30,430 bases of DNA from Thermodesulfobacteriota bacterium (GTDB taxonomy: Bacteria > Desulfobacterota > Desulfobulbia > Desulfobulbales > SURF-16), in NCBI GenBank assembly GCA_039715015.1, contig JBDLIE010000031.1, forward strand, positions 1-30,430. Reading direction: 5' to 3'. Position numbers and translations under genes: made by a program. The notes beneath the pieces are model-generated. The model was given only the letters and a program-made list of their open reading frames with translations. It was not told the origin of the DNA and searched no databases. Below, one piece after another: positions 28,548 to 30,430 of this stretch. Position 1 is the first letter of the stretch, and the number at the start of each line of letters is the position of its first letter.

Positions 28548-28582
28548 GAAACAAAAAGGGCCCAGTCAAAACGGCCCTTTTG
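28548..28582. terminator. Bidirectional intrinsic terminator
   Basis: AAAAGGGCC-N10-GGCCCTTTT between the convergent lon-like and ompA genes. Confidence 0.75.
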
Positions 28583-28601
28583 CCTATCAGAGAGGCACAG
28601 C

Positions 28602-29693
28602 TCACTTCATTTTACGTCGCATGGTCTGGATAGTGGCCACAACCCGGCGATTGGTCTGCCGGCCTGACTCTGTGACATTGCTGGCAATCGGCTTTTCTTC
28701 GCCAAACCCTTTGGCCGTTAACCGTTCTGGGCTAATGCCGTAATTTTCAATTAGATAGAGGCGTACCGCCTCGGCCCGTTGTTGTGACAGGGACTGATTG
28801 TACCCCGCACTGCCGGTGGAGTCGGTGTGTCCTTCAATGACTGCCGTGGCATTAGGGGCCTTCTTGAAGAAATCACCAACCTCCTGCAAATTTGAGTTAT
28901 ACATGGGGCGGATCGTTGCCTTGTTATGGTCAAATTGAACATGGAGATTGACGGAGATTTCCTCCATGACAGGACAGCCCCTGTTATCAACCACGAAGTG
29001 GGCCAGCGTCTGCGGGCAACGATCCAGATCGTCGATGACGCCGTCCTTGTCACTGTCCTTCACTGCTGGTTGAGGTGCTGGCTGAGAGACGGCAGCCGGG
29101 GCAGGAGGCACTGGCGCTGGCCGTACTACCGGTTGTGCCTTGGGCCGAGGCGTAGGCGAGCCGCCAAAGCTATAGGTAATGCCGACGAGAGCTGCCAGAT
29201 TATTATAATGATCGTCAAATGAGACCATGTGGCGCACATCCCCGCGCAGGGAAAGCGCATCGGTCAGGGCATATTTGAGGCCGGCCCCATAATTGATCAA
29301 AAACGCAGAGTCTCCTCCATCCGGCATATCATCAAGGGTGATGCCGCCGAGGCCCGCCGCCACAAAAGGGGTCAGCTTATCATCTGCATTGAAGTGGTAG
29401 AGAAGGTCTACATGGTAGAGGTAGCCATCCAGGTCTTCATCATTAAGGGTGTCATCCGTTTCCGTGTCAACATATTGGACAACCGCTTCCATGGCCAACT
29501 CTCTGGTCAAGAAATAACCTGGCGCCAAGCCGAAAAGTACGTCGTCCTCCACATCTTGGTTGCCTTCAAAAAAATAATACCCTATCTGTGGAGTCAGGGT
29601 GAAGGTACCTGGTTCCGGTGTGGCTGCCAGAACTGTTGCCGGCAGAATAACACTTCCTACGATGAGGCTTGCATGGAGAATTGTTTTGAACAT
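28602..29693 (-). CDS. OmpA/OprF-family outer membrane protein
   Basis: Signal peptide, beta-barrel, Pro-rich linker, DSDKDGVIDDLDRCP, IEGHTDS, NQSLSQQRA, NRRV. Confidence 0.92.
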   Translation of the reverse strand: MFKTILHASLIVGSVILPATVLAATPEPGTFTLTPQIGYYFFEGNQDVEDDVLFGLAPGYFLTRELAMEAVVQYVDTETDDTLNDEDLDGYLYHVDLLYHFNADDKLTPFVAAGLGGITLDDMPDGGDSAFLINYGAGLKYALTDALSLRGDVRHMVSFDDHYNNLAALVGITYSFGGSPTPRPKAQPVVRPAPVPPAPAAVSQPAPQPAVKDSDKDGVIDDLDRCPQTLAHFVVDNRGCPVMEEISVNLHVQFDHNKATIRPMYNSNLQEVGDFFKKAPNATAVIEGHTDSTGSAGYNQSLSQQRAEAVRLYLIENYGISPERLTAKGFGEEKPIASNVTESGRQTNRRVVATIQTMRRKMK

Positions 29694-29847
29694 GATGACG
29701 TCCTCTTGGCGTTGATGTGCTTGAGAGAAATTCAACTTTCAGTGATACTTATTTCTATCAAGGCTAAATTCATAATTCAAGACAAAATGAATGGTATTCG
29801 ACTCCAACCTTCTGTCACAAGACTATCAACAATGTTAAAAAAATACC

Positions 29848-30430
29848 ATGTCCGTCACTGTTAACTTCCACGGCGATCTCGCCACCCTGCTGCGCCGCCA
29901 GTGGCGCGCGCAGGGGCACATTCAGGTAGCGGCAGGCCGGATCGCCTCCATCAAGGATGTGGTGGAATCCTTTGGCCTGCCCCACACCGAGGTGGGCAGT
30001 CTCCTGGTTGATGAGTGCGAGGTGGGCTTCAGTCATCCTGTAAAGAGCGACTGCCAGATTGATGTCCAGCCCATAACCGCGCCCTGGGATATTATGGAGC
30101 CCTGCCTGCTCAGGCCCCAGCCCCTGGCCAAACTACGTTTTCTGGTGGACATCAATGTCAACAAGCTGGGCCGCCTGCTGCGCATGGCCGGTTTTGATGC
30201 TGCAAGCCACCCCCACTGGGATGATGCCGAGCTGGCCGCCTGTGCCGAGGCTGAGCAGCGCCTGCTGCTCAGCAAGGACCGCGGCCTGCTCATGCGCAAA
30301 CAGGTCCATTTCGGGCGCCTTGTCCGGGCCTCTGATCCCACTAAGCAGCTCCAGGAGATCATCAGCCTGCTCGGCCTCCACAACCAGCTCCAGCCCCTAA
30401 GCCGCTGCCTGGAGTGCAACACCCCCCTTG
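29848..30430 (+). CDS. Ubiquitin-like plus Mut7-C (PIN) RNase domain protein, runs off the window
   Basis: Absent from the ORF track; MSVTVNFHGDL...SIKDVVESFGLPHTEV...RFLVDINVNKLGRLLRMAGFD...LLSKDRGLL...SRCLECN. Confidence 0.88.
   Translation, partial: MSVTVNFHGDLATLLRRQWRAQGHIQVAAGRIASIKDVVESFGLPHTEVGSLLVDECEVGFSHPVKSDCQIDVQPITAPWDIMEPCLLRPQPLAKLRFLVDINVNKLGRLLRMAGFDAASHPHWDDAELAACAEAEQRLLLSKDRGLLMRKQVHFGRLVRASDPTKQLQEIISLLGLHNQLQPLSRCLECNTPL

Noticed and set aside
28316..28550. GCGG-TGA (CxxU-like) frame after the Lon gene
   Set aside because: No RBS, no G-loop hairpin at SECIS distance, and no recognisable protein in any frame.
1..30430. CRISPR array, tRNA/rRNA, IS or prophage
   Set aside because: No spaced direct repeats, RNA gene signatures, transposase, integrase or phage genes recognised.

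Overview
A 30.4 kb chromosomal window, most likely from a sulfate-reducing Desulfobacterota member (Desulfobulbaceae-like; inferred from gene content such as sirC-ccsA-hemA, a stand-alone deltaproteobacterial-type EF-G and a eukaryotic-type HisA). It is mostly housekeeping and envelope genes: DUF4126-AsmA-DUF4197, DUF3047, TlpA, a monoheme cytochrome c, TetR, YdgA, heme biosynthesis, nitroreductase, DMT, hisA, fusA, a hybrid kinase with a ModA-like binding protein, a Lon-type protease, OmpA and Ub-Mut7C. Signals the ORF track does not show: (1) two UGA codons followed by bacterial SECIS-like hairpins, one extending a BFD/CopZ-like [2Fe-2S] protein (NPAGR-U-CLADV) and one that would give an exported TetR-controlled cytochrome c a C-terminal Cys-Gly-Sec; (2) three sigma54 promoters, one with two palindromic enhancer sites driving a 77-aa secreted peptide behind an orphan activator HTH, and two near-identical ones in front of a pair of apparently acquired genes; (3) decay of the REC-Hpt end of a hybrid kinase and of a FlgT_N-like gene; (4) terminator-like hairpins inside the fusA leader. 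No rRNA, tRNA, CRISPR array or transposase was recognised. All family assignments come from motif recognition, not database searches.
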